Below, in pieces: positions 1-9,593 of a stretch of 64,000 bases of DNA. Under the pieces are notes generated by a model. The model saw nothing but the letters and a program-made list of their open reading frames with translations, was not told where the DNA came from and searched no databases. Each line of letters opens with the position of its first letter. The stretch's first letter is position 1. The position numbers were made by a program, and so were the translations under genes. The DNA lies in the NCBI GenBank assembly GCA_963760795.1, contig CAVXEP010000012.1, positions 224,001 through 288,000 on the forward strand, written 5' to 3'. Source of the DNA: an uncultured delta proteobacterium. GTDB lineage: Bacteria; Desulfobacterota; Binatia; UBA9968.

Positions 1-136
1 CGGCGAGCGCCTTTCTGGGCTACGTAGTCGATTTGATAACGGGTCTTCTCGATCGTTAGACCTTCGGTGCCCGGCTATAAATTAGTAAATTGATCGTGGT
101 TCAATGAGCTTTCCCATTGGCTCCCGAACAGCGAAG

Positions 137-1096
137 CTACGCGGCCGCAGTGATGACGGCGGGTTGTTCGCTCAATTTTTTCGATGGGAGTTCAGCCTCG
201 TACCGCCACGCTTCCCAATAGCTCGTGAAGCGGCGAGCAAAAGCCTTCGGCCTTTCAGCAAATATTCTGTTGCCAATTGTATTTGCCTCCGATCTCAGCT
301 CGGCGCTTCTCCTGTCGATGAGGCCAAGGAGCACCTGGATGTTCCTTTTTTTGCCGTATTTCTTCGGAGATTGGAGCAGAGTCTTGTGCAGCACATCGAG
401 GTTGTGGTCGTCGCCGAGCACGTCTGACAGTTCATCGGTCTCCTTTAAAAGTGAATTAATGACGGGCTTCCACAACTCAGCCAGCAATCTCATGTGAAAA
501 TCGTGATACTTGGCCTGCTTTCGCCATTCGTGAAAATTCTCCGCGGTCGGGTCGCGGTAGGCGGCAAACATTGACTTGCGCGCCTGCCGATATGTGGCGC
601 TAAGCCCGCCTTCGATGCCGTCGAATTCTTTGGCGGTTTGCTTCCAATCCGCAATCCGCGTTGCCGCCTTATTCATGCGAGTGCGAAGCTTTTTGAGTTT
701 TTGGTTCAAGTCGCCGCTCTTTTCGAAGATCCCTTTTCGTCGAAGGGTCAATGCCCGACGCATGGGTGCAAAGGTACGCCGCTCTATTTGATCGCTGAAC
801 TTATCAAGCAGGCTATCGTAGGTCTCAATGATCGCATCGGCGTCCCGGAGTTCGGCAAGTCCCTTGGCCGTATCGCGAAACCAAACGTTTTCGAACTGAT
901 AAATCTGTTCGAATTGAGGTCTTACGAGCCTGAGCACGCCTCGGATTTTTTTACAGTGTTTACGAACCTCATGGATGGCTTCCGTCCGCTTCAATCTCGG
1001 GCTGTCAATTTCCTTGATCGCTTGGCTAATTTCCTCGCTCACTATCCGCTTGATTCCCTCTTCTACGGATTCGTCTTCCTGGAAACAAAATGACAT
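137..1096 (-). CDS. CHAD domain-containing protein (polyphosphate-binding)
   Basis: 319 aa helical protein with CHAD motifs AIHEVRKHCKKIRGVLRL, FHEWRKQAK and LGDDHNL. Confidence 0.85.
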   Translation of the reverse strand: MSFCFQEDESVEEGIKRIVSEEISQAIKEIDSPRLKRTEAIHEVRKHCKKIRGVLRLVRPQFEQIYQFENVWFRDTAKGLAELRDADAIIETYDSLLDKFSDQIERRTFAPMRRALTLRRKGIFEKSGDLNQKLKKLRTRMNKAATRIADWKQTAKEFDGIEGGLSATYRQARKSMFAAYRDPTAENFHEWRKQAKYHDFHMRLLAELWKPVINSLLKETDELSDVLGDDHNLDVLHKTLLQSPKKYGKKRNIQVLLGLIDRRSAELRSEANTIGNRIFAERPKAFARRFTSYWEAWRYEAELPSKKLSEQPAVITAAA

Positions 1097-1254
1097 CGAT
1101 CAAGCTCCTATTCGCTAGCGTATCTCTATACTAGCAATCGGAGCCGACCACACAATATTAAGGCCAGGGAAAACTAGTTATCTTTGTTCAAAACCATCCT
1201 GTACATAGCCGGCAAGGTTGATCGGCACGGCCTCCATGCGTCCGGGTATTACGT

Positions 1255-1788
1255 CTAAGACCCCCCTTGCAGGATTTCCCTAAAGGCGGGTACACGCCAG
1301 CCTTGCCGGTGACGGCTGGCCCGAGTGGCGTCGACGGTAAGAACCGGGCATGCGGCTCTCGCGCTTACAGCGTCGGAGATGCTGCGCGTAAAAAGTCTAG
1401 CGAGCAATGCCTTTTCGGAATGAGCCAAGACGACAAGATCGACTTCCTCCTGGAGCGCTGCCACCACGATTTCTCTCGCCACGTTGCCGAGACCGACTCT
1501 GGTTTTCCAGGTGACGCCGCTACTTTCGCTTTCGAAAGTTGCCCGAATAAAGTTTCTCAGTTTCAACTCAGCTTCCGCGATAATGTGCTTTATTCTGAAC
1601 TTGGATGCTAATCGATCCCACTGATAAAACCCATCTGGTTCGACTGGATAATCAACAAAACTTGGGAATGCAGTTGCGTGAAACATTACCAGTTGAGCGC
1701 TGTTCTCTTTAGCTACCGACAACGCATAGGCAACACCGGTTTTTGATTTTTCTGTAAAGTCTACTGGGCATAGAACTCTTTGAATCAT
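1255..1788 (-). CDS. Universal stress protein (UspA family)
   Basis: N-terminal RVLCPVDF, central G-x-VAREIV...VDLVVL, C-terminal AACPVLTV. Confidence 0.85.
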   Translation of the reverse strand: MIQRVLCPVDFTEKSKTGVAYALSVAKENSAQLVMFHATAFPSFVDYPVEPDGFYQWDRLASKFRIKHIIAEAELKLRNFIRATFESESSGVTWKTRVGLGNVAREIVVAALQEEVDLVVLAHSEKALLARLFTRSISDAVSARAACPVLTVDATRASRHRQGWRVPAFREILQGGS

Positions 1789-2050
1789 GGCAAACTCCTT
1801 CTTAGCATAGTGTTTTCAGAATGAGCGTAGCGGATTTTCTTGAGGATGAAAGCGATTTTGTTTCACGCCCGTCGAAATCAGATGAAATTCTTGTAAACCG
1901 AGGTGAGCAGTTACGTCTGCGTCGGAAAACAAACTCTATGGTCAGGAATTGAACTGTGCCTGACTAGCCACGGAAATCCTGAGGCTATCCTGGCATGAAC
2001 GAAACATGCCCGATCAAGACAACGAGGAGTAGACACAAGTGTTTGCGGCG

Positions 2051-2066
2051 TGGCATACGGTTTGCG
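2051..2066 (+). promoter_or_regulatory. Putative sigma-54 (-24/-12) promoter
   Basis: TGGCATACGGTTTGCG has GG and GC at the canonical 12-nt offset, upstream of the DUF2934 gene. Confidence 0.5.
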
Positions 2067-2295
2067 CAAATTTAAGCCACCGAAATGGGGAAATCTTAAC
2101 TCAGGCGCTTGGAAGAACTACACAAATCCTATAGTCCGTAGGGAATACCGGGCGTATTGATCGCGATACTGACTGATGCAGCAGACAGATCCCATCACCG
2201 AGTGTAGAGAAGCCTTATCACTGTCAGGAAAAAAGCGACAGCGCTCTTCAATGGAGCGAATAGACTGTTACGATTTGATAAGGGAGGTCCATACC

Positions 2296-2613
2296 ATGAA
2301 AGACCAAAATGAGAAAAAGCGGCGTGCGCCACGGAAGGGCTCATCAACCGAAGATACTTCTATAGGGGATGCACCAGATGAGCTCACGACGACGTATCTA
2401 GTAGAGTCAGAGGAAGGGCCGGAGAAAAAGACCGAGTTTCCCGACGAGTGGATTTCTATCGCAGCTTATTACATCTGGAAAGGTGACGGGGAGCCCGAAG
2501 GACGCGATGCTGAATATTGGGAGAGAGCCAGAGCTGACCTAATGAAGCTCCAGAGAGAGGGAACTCTTCCAACTGGTCCAACTGGACGGCAGGCGTTAGA
2601 CGAAGAGCGTTGA
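2296..2613 (+). CDS. DUF2934 domain-containing protein
   Basis: ISIAAYYIWKGDGEPEGRDAEYWERAR matches the DUF2934 pattern; GGAGG RBS before ATG 2296. Confidence 0.7.
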   Translation: MKDQNEKKRRAPRKGSSTEDTSIGDAPDELTTTYLVESEEGPEKKTEFPDEWISIAAYYIWKGDGEPEGRDAEYWERARADLMKLQREGTLPTGPTGRQALDEER

Positions 2614-3170
2614 TTTAGTCCGCAGTTCGCTAACGTTCAACAGCGCGGAGGAGCTATTGTTTCTTTCTTGCTCTTTCGCTTTACATCCTGTCCGTGTGCT
2701 TTCTTGCAGGATTGGATGTCCTTGAATCTGCATTAGAATTAGCCCGAAAGACGGCACCTACGTAGCACAAATGAGCACCAGTCACAGCCTTCTGTTCCGT
2801 AGCGGCTTGTCGTGCTCAGGTGGATGTCGGGTGCATAGGTGTTGGAACGGAAAACCTCGAAAGCGCCGTATCAACTGATAAGAAGGCCGATAGCCGCCAA
2901 CGAAACCGCGATAATGACAGAGCGTTTGGACTCCCACACCTGCCGCTGCCAACTTTTTCGTTCGAACCTTAGCCCTGTCATTCAACTTCATTGATCGGAT
3001 AACCCCTGATTCGTCTTCAAACGGCAAACCCGAAATCGACTTATCGACGGCGATAACAATGTGCAGCCCGATGAAATGTCTGGCGAGTAAACGATCTCCT
3101 TGTTTGCTCATGTTTTCGGATTTTTCTGTCAGAAATGTGACAAGATGTTTTTGCTTTGTCTCTGACATGA

Positions 3171-3476
3171 TTGTCTAATATTGTACATAAAATGAAAATG
3201 ATGGCACACCTATTCGGCCGTAATTCCCCCGGGCGTCGTGTACAAGTGAAGATTCCTGGAGTGAATGGTCTGCTTCGATCACTAAAGGACGAAGCCTTGG
3301 TCGCGATGTTTGCTAAAGCCTGCATGCAAATTAAACAGACGGATGTAAGCTGGCCTCACGAACTTGTGGTTGAGGGTATTGTTGACGCATTCGCACGGTG
3401 TAACGGTTGCGTGCGCGAACTCGAACGTCGTAAAAAGCTTCACCTACTAGATGGGATTGAGAATGTGGCGGAGTGA
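3171..3476 (+). CDS. Hypothetical protein
   Basis: 101 aa ORF followed closely by a second ORF; no recognisable motif; start uncertain. Confidence 0.35.
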   Translation: MSNIVHKMKMMAHLFGRNSPGRRVQVKIPGVNGLLRSLKDEALVAMFAKACMQIKQTDVSWPHELVVEGIVDAFARCNGCVRELERRKKLHLLDGIENVAE

Positions 3477-3487
3477 TAGGAATCTAA

Positions 3488-3694
3488 ATGACAAGCAAAA
3501 CCTCTGAAGAAGTCGAGCAAGTCAAAGAGATGATTAAGACGAGTCAAAAACTTCGCCGCGATTCGATGAGGCTCGCCAAGACACAACGGAAACTAGTCGA
3601 TAAACTTGAACAGGCAATCAAGGCGTTGGACGCCCTAGAGCGACTGCGCATTGCTGCGCAAATCTACTCTGCGGTGAAATCTGCCCGCTCGTAG
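3488..3694 (+). CDS. Hypothetical coiled-coil protein
   Basis: 68 aa, AGGA RBS, heptad-like charged helix. Confidence 0.4.
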   Translation: MTSKTSEEVEQVKEMIKTSQKLRRDSMRLAKTQRKLVDKLEQAIKALDALERLRIAAQIYSAVKSARS

Positions 3695-4027
3695 GGGTTG
3701 CAATCCACTGACGCAAAGCTGTTCCGGTGTGCGGACCATCGATCACGCGATAGCTAATCACGATGCGCCCGCGTTCCACTGCGGCGCCTACGCATGACAC
3801 CTGATATGTACCGGGTTGCATGTCGCTCGATGGTTCCATCCCGCCAAGTCGCAATGGTTGGGCGGTCTGATGGGAAGGCTAACCAGCTTTTGATTAGACT
3901 TAGCTCCTGGTCTATGATAATTCTCGCGTTGCATCGTTCCGCTTCCTTTCTGTCGTCCTTTGCCAGACGACGGACCCTAGATGAAAAAGCTCGTGGTTCA
4001 ACCCGCGGGCTTTTTTATTACCTGCTA

Positions 4028-4204
4028 TCATCTACCTCTGATTTCATCCGCCTTCGATGGCGCGAACTTGATCGCCTTCATCACTTCGCCCTCGTCGAAC
4101 CGCAAGGCGCGCGGACCAACGCGAAAAGCTCAAGGTCAAGTCGGCCATAGACTCATCATATACCCCAACCGCTGACGCGGCTCAGACCGAGGCTTGGGCG
4201 GCAT
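4028..4204 (-). pseudogene. Degraded excisionase/HTH DNA-binding gene remnant
   Basis: Minus strand encodes LGLSRVSGW in one frame and, after stops, AFRVGPRALRFDEGEVMKAIK, which resembles the wing of Xis/MerR-like HTH proteins. Confidence 0.35.
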
Positions 4205-4494
4205 CTTAGCAGGCGAGGTTTCTAGCCCAGGATCGTTCTAAAAGAGGACACTCGCCATGGTTCAGAATATGACTAGAGGTGAGGCTGAGTCCTTTACGCG
4301 CTTCTGCTCGCTGCTCTTCGACTTCGGTAAAGGATCTTATGCGTGGCAGATACCAACCAGCGGGTAAGTTGTAGTTGACGAACGGCTGCAACACCATTGC
4401 ATTCACGGCTTTGTCGCCCCAGCCACCAACCGACTACTGATTATTCATCAGCGCGCCAAACACCCACGGTCCTCGACTTAAGCACCTAAATTGC

Positions 4495-4529
4495 AAAAAA
4501 GGGGAAGGTGTTAAACCCCTCCCCTTTTT
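4495..4529. terminator. Intrinsic, probably bidirectional, terminator
   Basis: AAAAAA-GGGGAAGG...CCTCCCC-TTTTT hairpin just downstream of the 4559-4810 gene. Confidence 0.7.
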
Positions 4530-4558
4530 CGGTAGCAACCATGTAAAGCTAAAATTCC

Positions 4559-4810
4559 TTACTTGGTTTTCCCTTCTTCTTTCTTCTCAGTAGGCGCATC
4601 CGGAGCTGGTGTCCCAGGCGCACCGGGAGCTCCAGGAGCCCCAGGAGCCCCAGGCGGTCCCTCTGGGCCTTTAGGTCCTGGTTCTGCTGGCGCCGCGGGT
4701 GGCGGTGGTGGCGGAGTCACTACCGTTGTTTCCTTCTTCTCGCACCCTGCCAACGCTAAAGTCACAGCAAACAGGGTAATACCGGACAACGAAAATAAAT
4801 TCTTTCCCAT
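4559..4810 (-). CDS. Small lipoprotein with polyproline and collagen-like (Gly-X-Y)8 segment
   Basis: Signal peptide with lipobox LAGC, a run of six Pro, then GPK-GPE-GPP-(GAP)4-GTP; strong RBS and terminator. Confidence 0.75.
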   Translation of the reverse strand: MGKNLFSLSGITLFAVTLALAGCEKKETTVVTPPPPPPAAPAEPGPKGPEGPPGAPGAPGAPGAPGTPAPDAPTEKKEEGKTK

Positions 4811-5134
4811 CTTTGATTCACCCCCTTTCCCGTGAGTAATATCTTTAACAACAATACAATATTTTTTCCTGGTTTACATGCAATGCTTACTTATTTTTTG
4901 ACTCGCATGGCTTAAGATTTCCGATATAAATCGTTTGATTGAACTGAATTCTCCATCGAACAAATCCTGTGAGATTTGCCTGAAGAGCGTTAGGCCGCTC
5001 CGGCTTTCCGCCCGAAAAGTTGGTGCATCGCCGACACGCTCGGTCCAGGAACTATGAACCTGCTGGCTAGCAGAAACTAAAGAGGGACAGCCGGTTCCCC
5101 GACCATCCCTCTCGCAACGTGCATGCTTAGAAGA

Positions 5135-5554
5135 TTACTTTGTGGCAGGTTTCTTTTCCGTCACGTCGCCCTTTGTCTCCGTCGCTTTTTTGGATTCAGC
5201 CTTTACCGAGCTGGCGATCATCTTGCCATCCTTCTCGGTATAAGAAACCCTGACCATATCGCCCACTTTCAGCTTTTCCAGCGTCTCTTTGGCGCTCTTG
5301 GAATCGGCGGTCAGCTTGATCTCTTTGTCCTTTTCCCTAACTGCAAATGTGCCCGCCTTCGTATCCAGAAATGTCACTTCACCGGAGATCTGAGTGGTCT
5401 TCGCCTTCTCGGCCTTCATCTCCGTTTTCTTTTCCGTTGCCGGAGCGGCTGGAGTCGAGGGTGCTGGAGCAGCGGGATTCGCCTGCGCGAAGCCAAGAGC
5501 GCTGAAACCGAACGTGGTCAAAGCGACAAGTAAAATCTTGATCATGTTTTTCAC
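5135..5554 (-). CDS. Secreted Lys-rich protein with small OB-fold-like beta-barrel (DUF5666/DUF1344-like)
   Basis: Sec signal ending AFA-Q-like (GFAQ); ISGEVTFLD...LKVGDMVRVSY pattern; GGAGGTG RBS before GTG 5554. Confidence 0.7.
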   Translation of the reverse strand: MKNMIKILLVALTTFGFSALGFAQANPAAPAPSTPAAPATEKKTEMKAEKAKTTQISGEVTFLDTKAGTFAVREKDKEIKLTADSKSAKETLEKLKVGDMVRVSYTEKDGKMIASSVKAESKKATETKGDVTEKKPATK

Positions 5555-5826
5555 GGTATCACCTCCTTCCTCTTTGTTAGATGTGTTTATTAGACGTGAT
5601 TTTTTCAAGATTCCTTCAAGACTTCACATAAGATTAAAATATTGCGCTGCTACGCTCACTTGCAAGCTGGATGGTTGTCCGCTTTTTCCGTGTACCTGAA
5701 ACAACAAGCCCCAAGAACTACCGTTTACGGCAGCACTCGGGACTTGGTTTTTATTGGGCTTTGTAGGCTGCCTCAGCGTGTAGTCATGACTAAGATTCGA
5801 ATGGCATTCAAGAGGAGGTCGGGTTG

Positions 5827-7059
5827 TTACGCCCTCTTGAACAGCGGTATCACTTCGGCGCCGGCTTTCAGCCCGTCCAGATAATCCGCCCAAGCCTGCA
5901 TCATCTTGCGCCGCTCCGGCAAGTGCTCAGCGAAGTTGTAAGCCGCGCTCACGGCGTTGCGCTCTGCATGCGCAAGCTGGCGCTCGATCGCTTGATGATT
6001 CCAGCCTTGTTCGTGCAGCAGCGTCGACGCCATGCTGCGAAATCCATGGCCGGTCATCTCTTCCTTCGGGTAACCCATGCGCCGCAGCGCAGCCAGTATC
6101 GCATTCTCACTCATGGGCCGCAGCCGTGACTGCGCGCCGGGGAAAACATATCGCGGCGCATCCGGCTTGGCGGGGATTTCACGATTCGTAAGCGGCTCCA
6201 ACTCCTGCAAGATTTCGATGGCTTGGCGACATAGCGGCACAATGTGCTGCTCGCGCATCTTCATCCGCTCGGCGGGTATACGCCATTCAGCTTTAGCGAA
6301 ATCGACTTCCGGCCACTGCGCCTTGCGCAATTCACCCGGCCGCACGAACACCAGCGGCGCGAGTCGTAGCGCGCACTTCGTCGCGAAGAATCCTTCATAT
6401 CCATCGATCGCTCGCAGCAGTCCGCCGACACGCTTCGGCTCGATGATCGAGGCATGGTGCTTTTCCTTTGGCAAGGGCAAGGCGCCGCGCAGATCGCCCG
6501 TCGGATCGCGCTCGGCCCTGCCGGTCGCTACGGCGTAGCGAAACACTTGTCCGCAGTTCTGCTTGGCACGGTGAGTCGTCTCCAGTGCGCCCCGGCTCTC
6601 AACCCGGCGCAACATGGCCAACAACTCGGCCGCTTTGATCTCGGCAATCGCCCGCTTGCCGATCCATGGAAAGACATCCCGTTCGAGGCGCCGTAAAATG
6701 CGCTCGCTGTGGCTCGCGTCCCAGTGCGGCGAAAACTTACTATGCCACTCCCGAGCGATTGCCTCGAAACTCTCCGCCCCCGCCTGCGCCTGCTTCTCCG
6801 CCTTGCGCGCCTCACCAGGATCGATGCCGGCAGCAAGCTGCTGACGGGAAGCATCGCGCTTAGTCCGCGCCGCCTTCAAATTCACATCGGGATAGACTCC
6901 AAGCGAAATACGCTTCTCTTTTCCCGCGACGCGATATTTCCAACGCCACCACTTGCCACCGGCCGGACTAACCTCCAAATAGAGGCCGCCACCATCGAAC
7001 ATTTTTCTGGTTTTTGTTTGGGACTTTGCCGAACGGATAGCAGTGTCTGTCAGCGGCAT
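5827..7059 (-). CDS. intA: P4-like tyrosine recombinase/integrase with N-terminal arm-binding (DUF4102) domain
   Basis: MPLTDTAIR...DGGGLYLEV; catalytic motifs VRPGELR, HGFRSMAST, LAH and AYN. Confidence 0.95.
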   Translation of the reverse strand: MPLTDTAIRSAKSQTKTRKMFDGGGLYLEVSPAGGKWWRWKYRVAGKEKRISLGVYPDVNLKAARTKRDASRQQLAAGIDPGEARKAEKQAQAGAESFEAIAREWHSKFSPHWDASHSERILRRLERDVFPWIGKRAIAEIKAAELLAMLRRVESRGALETTHRAKQNCGQVFRYAVATGRAERDPTGDLRGALPLPKEKHHASIIEPKRVGGLLRAIDGYEGFFATKCALRLAPLVFVRPGELRKAQWPEVDFAKAEWRIPAERMKMREQHIVPLCRQAIEILQELEPLTNREIPAKPDAPRYVFPGAQSRLRPMSENAILAALRRMGYPKEEMTGHGFRSMASTLLHEQGWNHQAIERQLAHAERNAVSAAYNFAEHLPERRKMMQAWADYLDGLKAGAEVIPLFKRA

Positions 7060-7060
7060 T

Positions 7061-7124
7061 TGGGGGCAACTCACTTTCCAGGTCTAACAGTTGCCCCCAG
7101 AGTTGCCCCTAATACGGGGGCAGC
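7061..7124. repeat. Four GGGGGCAAC-like motifs, putative integrase arm-type sites
   Basis: TGGGGGCAAC (7061), GTTGCCCCCA (7090), GTTGCCCCT (7102) and GGGGGCAGC (7116), between int start and tRNA. Confidence 0.6.
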
Positions 7125-7225
7125 TTTAGCTGGACGGCATCGGACCATGCCGGACAATATGCCAGCAAAAAAGCTTTAGATGCAATAGGTTAAAGGACTT
7201 ATTAGGCTTGTGCTGGAAGTGGAAT

Positions 7226-7302
<77 letters not shown>

Positions 7303-8166
7303 CTAGTTTGTGATGGATTTCAAATACTCGAGCACTTTATCTCTAAGGTCGGGCCTTTTCAACGCGTAAGCCACCGTCGCTCGGACAAAACCGAATTTGT
7401 CGCCGATATCGTAACGGTCGCCGACAAACTCGCAGCCAAATATTTTCCGTTCCCGAACCAATTGCGATAGGCCATCAGTGAGCTGTATCTCGCCGCCCCG
7501 TCCTGGAGCTAGGTTTTTTAGAATCTGGAAGATCTCCGGCCGCAGCACATAGCGGCCAATGATCGCCATGCGCGACGGCGCGTCCTTTGCCAGCGGTTTT
7601 TCTACGGTCGCTTCGACCTGATAAAGCCGTTTTTTTATTTCCCGTCCTTGAATCACGCCGTATTGATGCACCTCCGATTGCGGCACCTCCATCAACGCGA
7701 TCACCGATTCTGAGGTCTCCTCAAAAATATCGAGCAACTGGCGAATGCCCGGGACTTCGGACTCGATCAAGTCATCGGCGAGCATCACGGCGAAAGGCTC
7801 GTCGCCGACCAAATCGCGGGCGCACAGCACCGCGTGCCCAAGGCCCAATGGCTTTTTTTGCCGTACCGAAACCACTTCGGTCATCTCGGCGATTTTGCGC
7901 AAAGTTTGAGCCATCTCATGGTTGCCGCGCTCGATCAGCAACTGCTCCAATTCAGGCGCTTCGTCAAAATGATCTTCGATAGCGTCCTTGCCGCGGCCGG
8001 TGACAAAGATGATCTCTTCGATGCCGGCGTCCACCGCCTCTTGCACGACGTATTGGATCGACGGGATATCGACGATCGGCAGCAGCTCCTTGGGTACGGT
8101 TTTGGTTGCCGGTAAGAATCGCGTGCCCAGCCCAGCCACGGGAATAACCGCTTTGCGAAGTTTCAT
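7303..8166 (-). CDS. galU: UTP--glucose-1-phosphate uridylyltransferase
   Basis: KAVIPVAGLGTRFLPATK, PLGLGHAV, VEKP, GEIQLTD. Confidence 0.95.
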   Translation of the reverse strand: MKLRKAVIPVAGLGTRFLPATKTVPKELLPIVDIPSIQYVVQEAVDAGIEEIIFVTGRGKDAIEDHFDEAPELEQLLIERGNHEMAQTLRKIAEMTEVVSVRQKKPLGLGHAVLCARDLVGDEPFAVMLADDLIESEVPGIRQLLDIFEETSESVIALMEVPQSEVHQYGVIQGREIKKRLYQVEATVEKPLAKDAPSRMAIIGRYVLRPEIFQILKNLAPGRGGEIQLTDGLSQLVRERKIFGCEFVGDRYDIGDKFGFVRATVAYALKRPDLRDKVLEYLKSITN

Positions 8167-8183
8167 AAGATTGAAATTGCCGG

Positions 8184-8549
8184 TTAGAGGATCCGCTTGG
8201 CCTTTCTTTCTTCGACTTCCTGGTCGGACTTGCACTGGATGCACAGCGTCGTCACCGGACGGGCTTTGAGCCGGGCGATACCGATCTCTTCACCGCACTC
8301 TTCACAGATACCATAAGCGCCGGCTTCAAGACGCTCCAAGGCTTCTTGAATCTTGAAAATGAGCTTGCGCTCGCGGTCGCGCATGCGCAGCATCGAGTTG
8401 CGGTTGGATTCCATCGAAGCGCGGTCGGATGGATCAGGGAAATTTTCTTCCTCGTCCATGGTGCCGACGGTTTTGCCGGCCTCGGCGCGCAGCTCTTCGA
8501 TGCGCTCGCTCAACATCCGGCGAAAATATGTAGTGGTCTTGGCGTCCAA
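8184..8549 (-). CDS. dksA: RNA polymerase-binding protein DksA
   Basis: DPSDRA coiled-coil tip; C4 zinc finger CEECG...CIQC; TTG start with AGGTG RBS. Confidence 0.9.
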   Translation of the reverse strand: MDAKTTTYFRRMLSERIEELRAEAGKTVGTMDEEENFPDPSDRASMESNRNSMLRMRDRERKLIFKIQEALERLEAGAYGICEECGEEIGIARLKARPVTTLCIQCKSDQEVEERKAKRIL

Positions 8550-8574
8550 AAAGCACCTGTAACGAATTCTCGGT

Positions 8575-8602
8575 ATTATAAGCCACAAGAGGCAAACATC
8601 AA
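8575..8602 (-). promoter_or_regulatory. Putative sigma-70 promoter of dksA-galU-tRNA
   Basis: TTGATG-N16-TATAAT on the minus strand. Confidence 0.5.
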
Positions 8603-8659
8603 CCCGAATTCGCGGCGCTTTATGCGAGCAGCGCATAAAAAGGAAGGAACGGCAACGTT

Positions 8660-9481
8660 TCAGTCGCCGAAACCTGCGGAACGGGGATGGGCAAGCACGT
8701 AAACCTCGGTCGTTTTCGGGAGCATCGAACGATTTAAAGTAAGCTGCGACTCCGCGACGCGTTTGACCGGGTAGTGCTCTTTGGCGAAGGCGGCAAATAG
8801 CTCGGCCTGGCGCGCGATATCGTAATGCATCGGAATCACAATTGGCGGCTTCACCTGGTCGATCACCTTGATGACGTCTTCGAAACCCAGATTGGTCATC
8901 GCATCGATGGGCACCATCATGATATCGACGCGCTGCAGCACTTTGACCTGCTCTTCGCTAAGCAGGTGGCCGATGTTGCCCAGATGAGCCAGGCATAAGC
9001 TGCCCATTTCGTAGACAAATATGGAATTCGCGATGGCGCCCCAATTGGCGCTGCGTTGGCTTGGGATGTTGACGATGGTGATATCTTTCACGCTGGTGCG
9101 AATCGGCTGCCAGGTCTGCTTGAAAGTGATGCCGCGCAGAATCACTGGATTGCCGGTCACCGCGCCAGTGTTGTTATGGGTGAAGTGATCGTTGCTGATG
9201 GTCACCGCGTCGGCTTGAATCCCCGGGGTGACATTGAAATTGGGATCGGCGACGACTTTAGTTTGGCTGCCGGAATGAATCAAGAAACTCGAATGGCCGT
9301 ACCATTGGAGAAAATAAGAACCCAGAGCCAGGCTTTTGCCGTTATTGCCGCGCGCCTGAACCAGCTGGCGTCCATGATGAAAAAAGTGCACCAGCGACGG
9401 ATTGCACACCGCCTCGACGATTTCACGCAGCGGCAATAGCAGAAAGCTCGTGAGGGCGCCGATAAAACTCCGTCGTTTCAT
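8660..9481 (-). CDS. Tat-exported MBL-fold metallo-hydrolase-like protein
   Basis: KRRSFI Tat motif; WYGHSSFLI, VADP, HLGNIGH and IPMHY; metal motif is degenerate (SNDHFTH). Confidence 0.75.
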   Translation of the reverse strand: MKRRSFIGALTSFLLLPLREIVEAVCNPSLVHFFHHGRQLVQARGNNGKSLALGSYFLQWYGHSSFLIHSGSQTKVVADPNFNVTPGIQADAVTISNDHFTHNNTGAVTGNPVILRGITFKQTWQPIRTSVKDITIVNIPSQRSANWGAIANSIFVYEMGSLCLAHLGNIGHLLSEEQVKVLQRVDIMMVPIDAMTNLGFEDVIKVIDQVKPPIVIPMHYDIARQAELFAAFAKEHYPVKRVAESQLTLNRSMLPKTTEVYVLAHPRSAGFGD

Positions 9482-9593
9482 TTCTCCTCCTCATGGCCAG
9501 CGCTATGGATTTGCTGCCGCACCGCTGGCGCTGGTACCATCGCGATGGAAAAACCTTATCGCCACAGCCGCCAGTTTACAAGAAATAAGAATG

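Larger units (their letters stand above)
1..7225. mobile_element. Genomic island or degraded integrative element inserted at tRNA-Ala(CGC); left end not seen in window
   Basis: P4-family integrase lies next to the tRNA 3' end. Cargo is visibly more AT-rich than the core genes and includes phage-like gene remnants. No second copy of the tRNA 3' end was found by eye in 1-5800. Confidence 0.7.

Noticed and set aside
1-59. Possible 3' end of a plus-strand gene (ASAFLGYVVDLITGLLDR-stop)
   Set aside because: Too short to support or identify.
2129-2149. CTATAGTCCGTAGGGAATAC, loosely similar to the block-4 palindrome
   Set aside because: Several mismatches, different length and far from the cluster.
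2782-3168. 128-aa minus-strand ORF in the island
   Set aside because: No motif or clear RBS; could be a decayed gene but cannot be supported.
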